From an uncultured virus (IMG/VR IMGVR_UViG_3300002231_000541) (lineage: Duplodnaviria > Heunggongvirae > Uroviricota > Caudoviricetes), in the IMG/VR virus record IMGVR_UViG_3300002231_000541, positions 62,001 to 119,951 of that record: a DNA stretch of 57,951 nt, one strand, 5' to 3'. A program made the position numbers and the translations under genes. The first letter of the stretch is position 1, and every line of letters starts with the position of its first letter. Below are positions 42,301-53,338 of the stretch, piece after piece. The notes beneath the pieces are model-generated. The model saw nothing but the letters and a program-made list of their open reading frames with translations, searched no databases and was not told where the DNA came from.

Positions 42301-44244
42301 TTTGACGGAATACGGTGAAGTAGGCGCGCCGCTTGATGGTGCAAAAATGGTAACTGCTCTTGGAGTTGACGCCCGTAGTAACCGCTCCCAGGAGGCGGCA
42401 TGCAAAACTGTGTATGTGGCAGTCGTGGATGCATCCGGCCTGATTATCGCCAAGTCAAGTGTAGACGCAAGTGTTTTCATTTTCGCAGCTAGAAGTTGGA
42501 GACCAGATGATTCTTATGACTTATCTTTCTCATCCATCTTTGTCGCCGGCAGGAACGCACGCTCAATTGACCAATGATGAAGGTGATCTCAAATGGGGTC
42601 CATTCTATGTAGGTGATTTGACAATCAAAATCTATCACTCCAGTCTCTTCTGACGAATTCGAGATCCTACAATCCATCACTTTTGATGATGGTTCTGGCG
42701 GAACCTTGAATCTTAACGAGTTGACTAAGGAGCTTATCAAGAAATATAACCTCAACATGTTGTTCGGCGATAATTCTAATGATGGTCTCTTTTTCCAATC
42801 TGTGATTGATGGTACTGCTCCTATTGATGGCGCAGGACAATTATTGACATGGGATGGTTCTGATTCCCTCACCGTGATGCTTGAAGCACAAGGCGGCGGA
42901 TGGGTCGCAAATTATGACACCATGGTGGATCCTTACGGAAACGAAGTTTCTGAATTTCCACCGGGATCAGAAAGTGCATATGGCCCAGACGGTTCATCTT
43001 TCGTTGGTACGATCGCCCCAGGTGAAGTAGCTCCGGCTCAAGTAGTTGGTGCCCCAGCTAAGATTAGAATCAAGTTTGGTGGTGCTATCTATACTTCCTC
43101 TGTAGTGATCAAAGACGGAAATGGCGACTGGCTTGCTGCCTTTGCAGGCGAAGCTATGGCATATGGTAACAACTATTATCATGCAGATGCTCTAGCAGCT
43201 CGCGATGATGGGAAATTCATCCACATTGGCGATTCCAATGCATATAATAGCGATGGCAATGGCACTCCGAAAGGTTCTGCGATTGGCATCATGACTGCGT
43301 TGGATGGTGGCAACTCTTATGAAATTTCTGGCTATACATTTGAGTATGACATGGCATTCCCAGAAGGGGATTATACTATTCATGCTTACGCTGGCTATGA
43401 TCAAAGCGCCCTACCTACATCTGTTTATATCTTAGATGCGGATGATAATTTGGTAGCACAGGTTGTCAGTGATGGAAGTGGCTTCGATAATACTTATTAT
43501 CCAGTTACAATTGGTACTCCGGCACCAGCAGCTTATGAGTGGACTCATGGCGGCCAGTTGGTTAGTGTCAAGCACTTCGAAATTGGCGAAAGTATTGGGG
43601 GAGCTTCGGCTTACGGATATACCAAGAAAGAGCCAGGAGAGGGTACAACAACGGTGTACTTCGCTTCGGATTTTCAAACTTGGTCCACCTTTACTCAATA
43701 TACAGCCCTTCAAAGCGGAATCGAAGGTGCCCCAATGTGTCTCACACATGGTGCGTCAAACCTTTGGCTCCTCGGAACAGATAGCGGAAAGGTGTATGAA
43801 ATCGCACTTCTTGATGCTGATGCATCTTCGGCTACTTTCACTGAAATTTGGTCTTCCCCAGTAGGGGAGGCAATTAATGCTGTGAAGTTTGATTCCGGCA
43901 CAAGCCGCTGGATCTTTGAGAGCGCAGACGCCCTCTATACCATAGATCAAGGTGGCGCTAATGTACAGAGTCAAATTGCACTTGCAGCAGGAGAAAAGGT
44001 CGTTGATATCCAAAGTGGCGAAGGATATATTGTATATGTGGTTCGCAAGGCGGATTTTAGTTTCGAACTTTTTGTTTGCGACTCCGCGTGGGGCAATGTG
44101 AAGGATTCTTCTTCCATGCAGCCAATCTTGGCAAGCCATGAAGCGATTGATGTCAACTATGACGCTCTTGCAGACTTGTGGACAGCTTCAAGCGCAGATG
44201 GCCAAGTCATCACAACTGATGATTTGGGTAACTGGCTGATTTAA
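39395..44244 (+). CDS. Large multidomain surface/receptor-binding virion protein (three LamG domains plus Ig-like modules, ~1600 aa), split by probable indel errors
   Basis: Three LamG units (WHHLVASF, WVHLSLVI, WHHVVISR; MDDLRVWSRAL); two DSYxDxWxG modules and two TVYVAxVDASG modules. ORFs 39395..42577, 42471..42653 and 42706..44244 join by removing single bases near 42480 and 42630. Confidence 0.75.
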
Positions 44245-44390
44245 AACTTGAGTGCACCATCACTCTAAAATGGTAGTAGAAATACGAAAATCCCGAAAGG
44301 AGGAAAATAAAAACTAAGATTTTAAATTAAGTGCTGAAGCTCTTTGAGATATTCTCATTTTTTTTGACATTAGTTACACAATTTTCTTCC

Positions 44391-44455
44391 TTTCGGGTAC
44401 TCATAGAATATCTATGGCGAACAGGTCTGCCCGCAGATCGCGTTCACGTTTTTTT
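44391..44455 (+). repeat. Conserved structured non-coding element, copy 2 (candidate cis-regulatory RNA)
   Basis: TTTCGGG, hairpin CATAGA-ata-TCTATG, hairpin GAAC-ag-GTCTG-cccg-CAGAT-cgc-GTTC, then T7. Shares the exact 18-mer CTATGGCGAACAGGTCTG with copy 1. Confidence 0.75.
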
Positions 44456-44567
44456 AAAAAACTTCGGTTTTTTTTAAGAACAAAAATCCTTTTTTCGGAA
44501 AGGAAAAAACTTAGCTAAACTGCAATTTATTTTGCAGTATATTAACTTAAAATGGAGAAATAAAAAT

Positions 44568-47500
44568 ATGGCTACTTACACTTTTGTAAACCCAAATGTC
44601 GATGCATACGAAGTATACTACGACATGTCACCAGTCGGTGGTGGAAACCAATTAGTGGCTTCTATCCCGGGGTTCTGGTGGATCCATCAACCTCGATGCA
44701 GCGACTGTCGCGGCAATTGGCGCAGATATCTCGGTGCTCGTGGGAGATGGGCGTTGTGTCATTCACAATGGTTCCAACTGGAATTGATCCAACTCTTGGA
44801 GCACCATTGCTTTTGACAAGCTTGGTTGATGGACAATCATACCAAATCGAAGCGGACTTCGGTTCACTTTTGGACGGCACCCCAGGTGCTTCTTTCGGCG
44901 CCGCAGCACCAGCTGCTATCGTCCCAACCCGTGTACGCGGTGGAAAACAGATCAATATGGGCTTCGCTCATGCTAGTGGTGCAACCTACGCAACCCTAGA
45001 GGAAGCTGCAGCCGCAGGTCACGACGGAGTTGGCGCTCTTATATCTGACATGTTCGATATGGCATCAATGAAGGTTGACGCTTCTGTTGCTGACATTGAC
45101 GCATATGGTGTTGGTGACGCAATGGTCAACTTAGAATATGTTGCTACCAAAAGAGCTGACGACGCAGCTGCTCGCGATGCTGCGGATGCTTCACTCGCTA
45201 CATCTATTGCTGATGAGGAAGCTCGCGCCCTCGCTGCAGAAGTTGCACTTCAAGCTGACATCGATCAGAATGAAGCTGACGCTGACGCTGCAATCGCTGC
45301 CCTTCAAGCAGACGTTGATCAAAACGAAGCTGATTCCGACGCTGCGGAACTATCATTGGCCACTCGCCTTGAAAACGAAGAAAATCGTGCATCTGATGCC
45401 GAAGCTTCTATCGTTGTAAAGTATGATGCCGAAATGGCCGCTCTTCAAGCTGATGTTGATCAGAATGAAGCTGACTCGGACGCTGCAGAACTCTCTCTCA
45501 CTACTCGCATGGGTGTGGAAGAAGCACGCGCAGCTGCAGCAGAAGCTGCAATCCAGGCAGACGTTGATGCTAATGAAGTTTCAATGATTAATGCGGATGC
45601 ATCTTTGACCACCCGTTTGGCGGCTGAAGAGGCTCGCGCTGCTGCTGCTGAATCCGCTGAAGAAGCTGCTCGCATTGCTGCAGACGCTTCTATCGTTGTA
45701 AAATACGATGCTGATATCGCAGCCCTTCAGGCTGATGTTGATCAGAATGAGGTCGATTCAGACGCTGCAGAGCTTTCTTTGACCAACCGTTTGGCTGCAG
45801 AAGAAGGTGCACGCGCTACTGCTGATGCTTCTATTGTCACCAAGCTTGACGCTGACATGGCAAACGAAGCACTTACTCGCGAAACCGCAGATATTTCACT
45901 GTCGACTCGCCTTGGTCTAGAAGAAGCAAGAATGGATGCAGTTCTACTTGCATCTGATGCTGATAAAGACTCATTTGCGGAGATTGTCAGTTTAATTAAT
46001 GCTGTGGATCTTGAAAATGACAACGCTCTAGCTAGTGCTGTTCTAAGTCTTAGCAATTCAGTCACTGATGAAGAAACAGCTCGTATTGCTGGTGACGCAT
46101 CTTTGACAACTCGTCTCGCTGCCGAAGAAGCCCGCGCTGCTGCTGCAGAAGCTGGAATCCAAGCAGATGTTGACGCTAACGAAGTTGCAATGGACGCTGC
46201 TGACGCTTCCCTCACAACTCGTCTCGCTGCCGAAGAAGCTCGTGCTGCCGCTGCTGAAGCTGCAATCCAAGCTGACGTCGACGCGAACGAAGCTGCAATG
46301 GACGCTGCTGATGCATCTATCGTCACCAAGTTTGACGCTGATATCGCAACCCTTCAAGCTGATGTTGACCAGAACGAAGCAGACTCTGACGCTGCAGAAC
46401 TTTCTTTAAGCACCCGTATGGGCGTTGAGGAAGGTGCTCGCGCTACTGCTGACGCTTCTATCGTCACCAAGTTTGATGCTGACATCGCAGCCCTTCAGGC
46501 TGATGTTGATCAGAATGAATCAGACGCAGACGCTGCAATCGCCGCTCTTCAAGCTGACGTCGATCAAAATGAAGCAGACTCTGACGCTGCAGAACTTTCT
46601 TTAAGCACTCGCATGGGTGTTGAGGAAGGTGCTCGTGCTGATGCTGATGCTTCTCTCGTTGTCAAGTACGATGCTGAAATTGCTGCTCTTCAAGCTGATG
46701 TTGATCAGAATGAGGCTGACTCCGATGCCGCAGAACTTTCTTTGACTACCCGTTTGGCCGCCGAAGAAGTTGCTCGTGCTGCTGACGTCGACGCCGAAGA
46801 AGCTCGCGCTCTTGCAGCTGAAGCTGCAATCCAAGCTGACGTTGACGCTAACGAAGTTGCAATGGACGCTGCTGACGCATCTTTGACCACTCGTGTCTCT
46901 GATGAGGAGAGTGCACGCGCTGTTGCTGATTCTTCCTTGACAACTCGTCTTGGTGCAGAAGAAGTTGCTCGCGCAGCTGCTGATGCTTCTATCGTTACTA
47001 TGTACGACGCGTCAATTTCTGCACTTCAAGCAGATGTTGATCAAAATGAAGCTGACGCTGACGCTGCAATTTCTGCAGAAGAAGCCAGTCGCATTGCTGC
47101 TGATGCATCTTTGACAACTCGCCTTGCTGCTGAAGAGACTGCACGCTCCGCTGCTATCTCTGCACTTCAGGCTGATGTTGACCAAAACGAAGTTGATTCC
47201 GACGCTGCAGAGCTTTCGCTCTCAACTCGCATCGGAGATGAAGAGACTCGCGCTGCTGCTGCTGAAGCTGCCCTTCAAGCTGACATTGATCAGAATGAAT
47301 CAGACGCAGACGCTGCCGACGCATCTTTGACAACTCGTATTGCTGCTGAAGAATCCGCTCGCGCTGCTGCTGTCTCTGCTGAAGAGTTAGCTCGCATCAC
47401 TGCGGACGCTTCCTTGCAGACTCGTTTGGCTGCTGAAGAAGCAAGAATGGACGCTGTTCTTTTGAGTGCTGACGCCGATAAAGACTCTTTCGCAGAGGTT

Positions 47501-48403
47501 GTGTCCTTAATTAATGCTGTGGATCTTGAGAATGACAATGCTCTCGCAACTGCGATCACCAACCTTCAGTCTGACATTGATCAGAATGAGGCTGACTCTG
47601 ACGCTGCTGAATTGTCATTGCAAGTTCGTCTTGCTGCAGAAGAAAGCCGCGCTGCTGCTGCTGAAGCCGCAATCCAAGCTGACGTTGACGCTAACGAAGT
47701 GGCAATGGACGCTGCTGACGCTTCCTTGACTACCCGTTTGGGTGTTGAAGAGGCTCGCGCTGCCGCTGCCGAAGCTGCAATTCAGGCTGACGTTGATGCC
47801 AATGAAGCTGCAATGGACGCTGCTGACCTTTCCTTGACCACTCGCTTGAGTGTTGAAGAAGGCGCGCGCGCTGATGCAGATGCATCTCTTGTCGTCAAGT
47901 ACGATGCAGAGATCGCAGCCCTTCAGGCTGACGTTGACGCTAACGAAGCTGACTCCGATGCTGCAGAACTTTCTTTGACCACTCGCTTGGGTGTTGAAGA
48001 GGCTCGCGCTGCTGCTGCTGAAGCTGCAGAAGAAGCTCGCGCAATCGCTGCAGAAGCTGCAATTCAGGCTGACGTTGATCAGAATGAAGCAGACGCTGAC
48101 GCAATGTTCGCTCTTCACTCTGCTGATATCGCTGCCCTTTATGGCCGTGATGTACAGGTAGTAGACGTTCTAGCTCTGGACCTCCCAGCAGGTACCGCTG
48201 TTGACTTGTCTGCAACCGCCGGCTTCCCGCTTTCTAGCATGACATTCGTCTCGATCAATGGTCTCATTATGCAGCCAGGTCTTGATTACGACTATATCAG
48301 CGACGTTGATGGAAACATCACCGGCTACATTCTTAATGTAGGTATTTATACTGGCGATGCAGTTGTTGTTAAAGGTCAGTCCGCAATTAGCCTTCAATCG
48401 TAA
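44568..48403 (+). CDS. Long acidic Ala/Asp/Glu-rich coiled-coil fibre protein (~1280 aa); 5' end disrupted by probable indel errors
   Basis: GGAG then ATG 44568 (MATYTFVNP); single-base insertions near 44670 and 44750; repeats LQADVDQNE, ADASLTTRL, EEARAAAAE; C-terminal VSINGL..PGLDY small beta domain. Confidence 0.75.
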
Positions 48404-48443
48404 GACTTTTTAAAAAAGATACATAATTTAATATTATTTATCT

Positions 48444-48476
48444 GGCCCTCTCACTTTTTGTGGGAGGGCCTTTTTT
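48444..48476 (+). terminator. Intrinsic terminator after the coiled-coil fibre gene
   Basis: GGCCCTCTCAC-TTTTT-GTGGGAGGGCC followed by T6. Confidence 0.85.
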
Positions 48477-48481
48477 ATGAA

Positions 48482-48489
48482 ACTACTTA
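48482..48489 (+). promoter_or_regulatory. Putative late promoter ACTACTTA
   Basis: Directly after the terminator, before AGGAGG and ATG 48517. Confidence 0.6.
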
Positions 48490-48516
48490 AGTTTGTTGAA
48501 AGCATAGGAGGCTACA

Positions 48517-48906
48517 ATGTTTGACAAAATAAAAAAATGGTTAACCCCGGAACCACCCCCGGAACCAGAACAGGAGTTGCCATTGGAGCCAGAAGCGGAA
48601 CCAGAACCCGAGCCTCCTCCGCCTCCACCCGATGTAATCGAAGTACCTTGGAAGTTTGCTGCAGCCCCAAAAAACTTTCAAGATGCAATTAACAAAATAC
48701 ACGCAGAATTGAAAGAGTTCTTATACGAGTCCAAACTAAAAGAGGTTAATGCACTTAAGACTGTGGATAAGTTTGTAGAACTCCAAGAGAAGAAGGTAGA
48801 GCAGCTAAAAGAGGCCTATGGCATCCCTAGCGATATGGAGTATGACTTTATATTGCCGGAGGGCACTGGCCGCCCCGGCTACTTGAAAAAGAAAGAAAGC
48901 AAATAA
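48517..48906 (+). CDS. Hypothetical protein with Pro/Glu-rich linker
   Basis: AGGAGG SD; PEPPPEPE... followed by a short helical domain. Confidence 0.65.
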   Translation: MFDKIKKWLTPEPPPEPEQELPLEPEAEPEPEPPPPPPDVIEVPWKFAAAPKNFQDAINKIHAELKEFLYESKLKEVNALKTVDKFVELQEKKVEQLKEAYGIPSDMEYDFILPEGTGRPGYLKKKESK

Positions 48907-48932
48907 ATATTCCGACTTTGGAAAAAGACGAA

Positions 48933-48940
48933 ACTATTTA
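48933..48940 (+). promoter_or_regulatory. Putative late promoter ACTATTTA for sheath
   Basis: Intergenic motif copy upstream of AAGGAG and ATG 48982. Confidence 0.65.
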
Positions 48941-48981
48941 TTATGTGAAATAATAATCTAGATTTGAAGGAGAATCTTTAG

Positions 48982-51847
48982 ATGTCAGTTAAAAAATTTA
49001 AATTTGTATCTCCCGGAGTATTCCTAAGTGAAGTGGATAATTCGGAGCTTCCTGCCGACCAAACGACAATCGGCCCCTTAATTGTAGGGAGAACTCCTTA
49101 CGGCCCAGCTATGCGCCCGGTGACTGTAGAATCATTTTCAGAGTTTGTAGAAACTTTTGGAAACCCAGTTCCTGGCCAATCTGGCGGCGATGTCTGGCGG
49201 GAAGGGAATCTGCAAGGTCCCACTTATGCTTCCTATGCAGCACAGGCTTACTTAAAAGCAAATGTGGGTCCAGTGACCATGATGCGCTTGCTTGGGCAGG
49301 AAAATGCTAATTATGCTGGCACCACTGCGCTAGGCAGCAAAGGCGCCGCAGGGTGGACTACTGAAGGTGACGCTGCAGGCGGCGACGGCGGAGCATGGGG
49401 ATTGATTCTCTGCAACTCCGGCTCTGGATCTCAAGATGCATTCTTAGCAGCCACTTGGTACATTAATAGCGGAACTATCGAATTGACAGGAACCCTGGCC
49501 GGCCCAGGCGCCACCGTCAACTCACAGGGAGTCTACGGCCTCTTTAACAATGATGGAACGGCAACGCAGCCCGAATACCAAGTCGTAATTAGCAATGGTT
49601 CCACGGTTGTTCATAGAACAGCTTTTAACTTCGAACCTTCATCTGACAAGTTTATTAGAGACGTATTTAACACAAATCCACAGCTGACAAATAGTGATGT
49701 TGTCGACCAAGCTAACTTAAAGCAAGGCGAACAATACTACTGGCTTGGTGAAACTTCAGAGTATGCAGTCCAACGCCGAGCAGCTAACAATCCACATGCA
49801 ATGATTATTGCTCTATCTAATGGGACGACTGATCGCTCCATGATGAGAAAAAGTTATGAAATGGGTGCAACCGGATGGTTTATTGCTCAAGATTTGACCA
49901 CCAACTGGGCAGCCTACAACCCAGCTTCTCAAACCAAACTATTCCGCATCGTCGCCCGCGACGGTGGAGAATGGTCACAGGCTAACTTCAAGATTTCGAT
50001 TGAAAATGTGAAAGCATCAACCTCCTTGTCTGATCCTTACGGGACCTTCGATGTGGTTGTTCGCCGTGCACAAGATTCGGACAATGTAGTTCAATATGTA
50101 GAAAGGTTTTCCAACCTTACTTTGAACCCGGCATCCGAAAAATATATTGGTTTAGTGATTGGCGACAAATACACCGAATTCGACACTGCACAATCTCGCT
50201 TACGTGAGTATGGCGAATACGACAATCAGTCTAAATATATTCGCGTAGAGGTCAAAGACGATGTGGCTTCCGGCCTTACAGATCCCGCATTTCTTCCATT
50301 CGGCGTTTTTGGCCCAGCAGCCCCAACTTCGGTAACTCTGACGTCTGGGTCCAATAGCATGTCAACTGCAGCAGGCCTAGACTCCATTGTTATGAGTGGT
50401 ACAGTTGCCAATATTTCAACTATTTCGTTGGCTGGTGGGGACGCAGGGCTTTATAAATCAGGTAAATACACCGACCACACCTGCTCTATCTACTACCCTT
50501 CTTTATCGACTCGCCTCTCTGCATCTGCAGGCGGCTTGTCTAATCCGAAAGACGCATTCTTCGGAGCACAATCAGCACAGAATTTAAATAACGCAGGAAA
50601 CGTCAAGTTTGACAAAGGTTGGTCTGGATATCTACGATCCTTCCCCGGCTGGCCTACAGAATACGCTTGCTCCTACTTGGGTGTTTTCACTCGATGATGT
50701 CTCGACTTCAAGTTCAGCGACAGCATACTGGAAGAGCAGTACTATCACCGGAAGCGGTAATCGCATTAACGGACGCTCCGTTACTGCCATGAGCGGCGGA
50801 TACTCCGCAGTTCTCGATGCAGGATATGACAGCTTTACTTCCCCGATGTTCGGCGGTTTCGACGGATTAAACGTCATGGAAATCGAACCTTTCCGTAACA
50901 GTGGTATGGGTGCAAGCGCCAATGAGTTTAATAACTACGCTTACAACAGTATCCAGCAGGCACTTCAAAGTGTTTCGGATCCCGAAGTAGTCGAGTACAA
51001 CCTCCTAGCTGCTCCCGGACTCACTAATACAAAATTAACACAACAAATGATTGACATCTGTGAAGACCGCGCTGACGCATTAGCGGTTATCGATTTGGAA
51101 AAGGTCTACACTCCTTTCACGGAGAACACCAACTCTTTCAAGAACAGAATTAGCACCCCGGATGAAGCAATCTTTTCTTTGAGATTACGACAGGTTGATA
51201 GTTCTTATGCATGTACCTATTTCCCATGGGTGCAAATCAAGGACACCATTTCTTCACGTACCTTGTGGGCTCCTCCTTCAGTCATCGCGCTCGGCACGAT
51301 GGCCGGCTCGGAAGCAAAATCCGAACTCTGGTTCGCACCAGCTGGTTTCAACCGTGGTGGATTAACCGAAGGCGATGCTGGCGTCCCAGTATCTGGATTA
51401 ACCTACAAGCTAACGTCAAAAGACCGCGACAATCTTTATGATGCAAATATCAACCCGATTGCATCCTTCCCATCAGAAGGAATCGTTGTCTTCGGACAAA
51501 AGACAATGCAAACCCAGCGCTCTGCGCTCGATCGCATTAACGTCCGTCGTCTCATGATTTATGTGAAGAAGCAAATCTCACGCATTGCATCCGGATTGCT
51601 CTTCGACCAAAATGTCAAAACTACATGGGCTCGTTTTACTGGACAAGTTAACCCATTCTTGGCGGGAATTAAGTCAGGATTAGGCCTCTCCGAGTACAAG
51701 GTTGTTCTCGATGAGACTACCACTACTCCAGATTTAGTAGACCAGAACATTATGTATGCAAAGATCTTCTTGAAGCCAGCAAGATCGATCGAATTTATTG
51801 CAGTCGACTTTGTGATTACACGATCTGGCGCGTCTTTTGAAGACTAA
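48982..51847 (+). CDS. Contractile tail sheath protein (T4 gp18-like), split by an extra base near 50645
   Basis: FVSPGVFLSEVD N-terminus; C-terminal YFPWV, PPS, WFAPAGFNRG, INPI, GQKT, ALDRINVRRL, KPARSIEFI. Confidence 0.93.
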
Positions 51848-51860
51848 AAGCAAAACAGCT

Positions 51861-51868
51861 ACTATTTA
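51861..51868 (+). promoter_or_regulatory. Putative late promoter ACTATTTA for tube
   Basis: Intergenic motif copy before AAGGAG and ATG 51895. Confidence 0.65.
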
Positions 51869-51894
51869 ATAAGGTATAAGGAGTATTTAATACA

Positions 51895-52455
51895 ATGGCA
51901 TTTTGGACAAACGCAACAGGGTTCGACCCGAAAAGAGGATATAGATTTACCGTAACATTGGGTAACATGCCTAGCGGCGCGCAATGGTACGCGAAAGCAG
52001 TCAAGAAGCCTGCTCTCACCGTCACAGAAGTTGACCACAGTTACTTGAATCACAAGTTTTACTATCCAGGTCGCACCGAATGGGAAACCGTAGAGGTAAC
52101 TCTGGTAGACCCAGTTAGCCCAGATGCTGCTGCAAATACCGCAGCTATCTTAACTGCGGCTGGCTATCATCCGCCTAACGACATGAACGACACAACAACT
52201 ATGTCAAAGGCAGCAGCCGTCGCTTCTCTAGGTGCTGTTGAAATTGAGCAGATTGACTCCCAAGGAAACTTCCTTGAGCGCTGGACCCTATGGAACGCTT
52301 TCATTACAGGTGTTACATACGGCGACCTAAGCTACGAAGACGACGCTCTTACTGAAGTTACCATCACTCTACGCTACGATTGGGCAAAGCTCGAAACCCG
52401 CGTAGGCGCAGAAACACCTTTCCTCAAAGGTCAGCAGACCTTCTGGAAAGTTTAA
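51895..52455 (+). CDS. Tail tube protein (T4 gp19-like)
   Basis: PKRGYRF, YYPGRTEWETVEVTLVDP, ERWTLWNAF..GDLSY, ITLRYDWA; follows sheath. Confidence 0.85.
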   Translation: MAFWTNATGFDPKRGYRFTVTLGNMPSGAQWYAKAVKKPALTVTEVDHSYLNHKFYYPGRTEWETVEVTLVDPVSPDAAANTAAILTAAGYHPPNDMNDTTTMSKAAAVASLGAVEIEQIDSQGNFLERWTLWNAFITGVTYGDLSYEDDALTEVTITLRYDWAKLETRVGAETPFLKGQQTFWKV

Positions 52456-52486
52456 GATTTTTAACTAATACAATGAGAGGTGCCTT

Positions 52487-53338
52487 TTGGCAAGAAATAA
52501 GAATAGGGTAGGCTCGGACAAAAAAGCCCAAGCCACCGATTCTGTAGCAGCAACGCAAATATCAGGAGATGGTCCACTTACCTTTTCCACTCCCTCTGAA
52601 TTTGTAGAGTTGCCAACAGAAGGAAAGTTTTATCCAGAAACTCATCCGCTTCATAACAAAGATCATGTGGAAATCAAACACATGACCGCCAAAGAAGAAG
52701 ACATTTTATCTTCTAAGTCTCTTCTGAAGAAGTGTGTAGCTCTGGATAGATTTATGCAAAGCGTCATCGTCGATAATAATATCAATGTCCAAGATCTTTA
52801 TATCGGCGATAGGAACGCAATTTTAATTGCAGCACGAGTGACAGGATATGGTGAAGAATACACCACTCAAGTCACTTGCCCAGCCTGCGTGAACGTTTCT
52901 AAGTTCACGTTTGACCTAGAAGAAAAATCTATAGATAAAGGNGGTGATTTAGGAGAAGAAGTAACTTGGACAGAAAACGGCACGTTTGTTACGACGTTGC
53001 CAGTTTTTGAAGTTGATGTGGAATTACGCATGTTAACTGGCAAAGACGAAAGTTATCTTACTCGCCTAAATCAAAACAAGAAGGGAAAAGACCTTCCTGA
53101 CTCCTCCCTGACAGATCAATTGAAAATGACAATAGTATCTGTCAACGGTCGCACAGATCCCGTAACCATCAGATCCTTAGTGGAACATCTTCCAGCCAAG
53201 GACTCTAAGCACCTAAGACGTGTGTATGCACAAACTGTTCCAAATGTTAGTTTGCGACAGAATTTTGAATGCTCTCACTGCTCTTACGAAGATGTAATGG
53301 AGGTTCCGCTTAATGCGGAGTTCTTTTGGCCTAAGTGA
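52487..53338 (+). CDS. Baseplate hub / tail assembly chaperone (T4 gp26-like)
   Basis: VELPTEGKFY, MTAKEEDIL, GDRNAILIAAR..YG, two CxxC pairs (CPAC, CSHC), ends FFWPK. Confidence 0.75.
   Translation: MARNKNRVGSDKKAQATDSVAATQISGDGPLTFSTPSEFVELPTEGKFYPETHPLHNKDHVEIKHMTAKEEDILSSKSLLKKCVALDRFMQSVIVDNNINVQDLYIGDRNAILIAARVTGYGEEYTTQVTCPACVNVSKFTFDLEEKSIDKXGDLGEEVTWTENGTFVTTLPVFEVDVELRMLTGKDESYLTRLNQNKKGKDLPDSSLTDQLKMTIVSVNGRTDPVTIRSLVEHLPAKDSKHLRRVYAQTVPNVSLRQNFECSHCSYEDVMEVPLNAEFFWPK

Noticed and set aside
39132..44567. tRNA or known riboswitch in the two long intergenic regions (39132-39394, 44245-44567)
   Set aside because: No cloverleaf with T-loop/D-loop consensus and no aptamer consensus that I recognise; reported as an unknown structured element instead.
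45150..48100. CRISPR array or non-coding tandem repeats
   Set aside because: The repeats are in-frame, degenerate at third codon positions and encode a coiled coil. There is no constant repeat with unique spacers and no cas gene.
45204..48397. Minus-strand ORFs here and elsewhere in the ORF track
   Set aside because: They are shadows of biased + strand codon usage, with no SD, motifs or independent coding signal.
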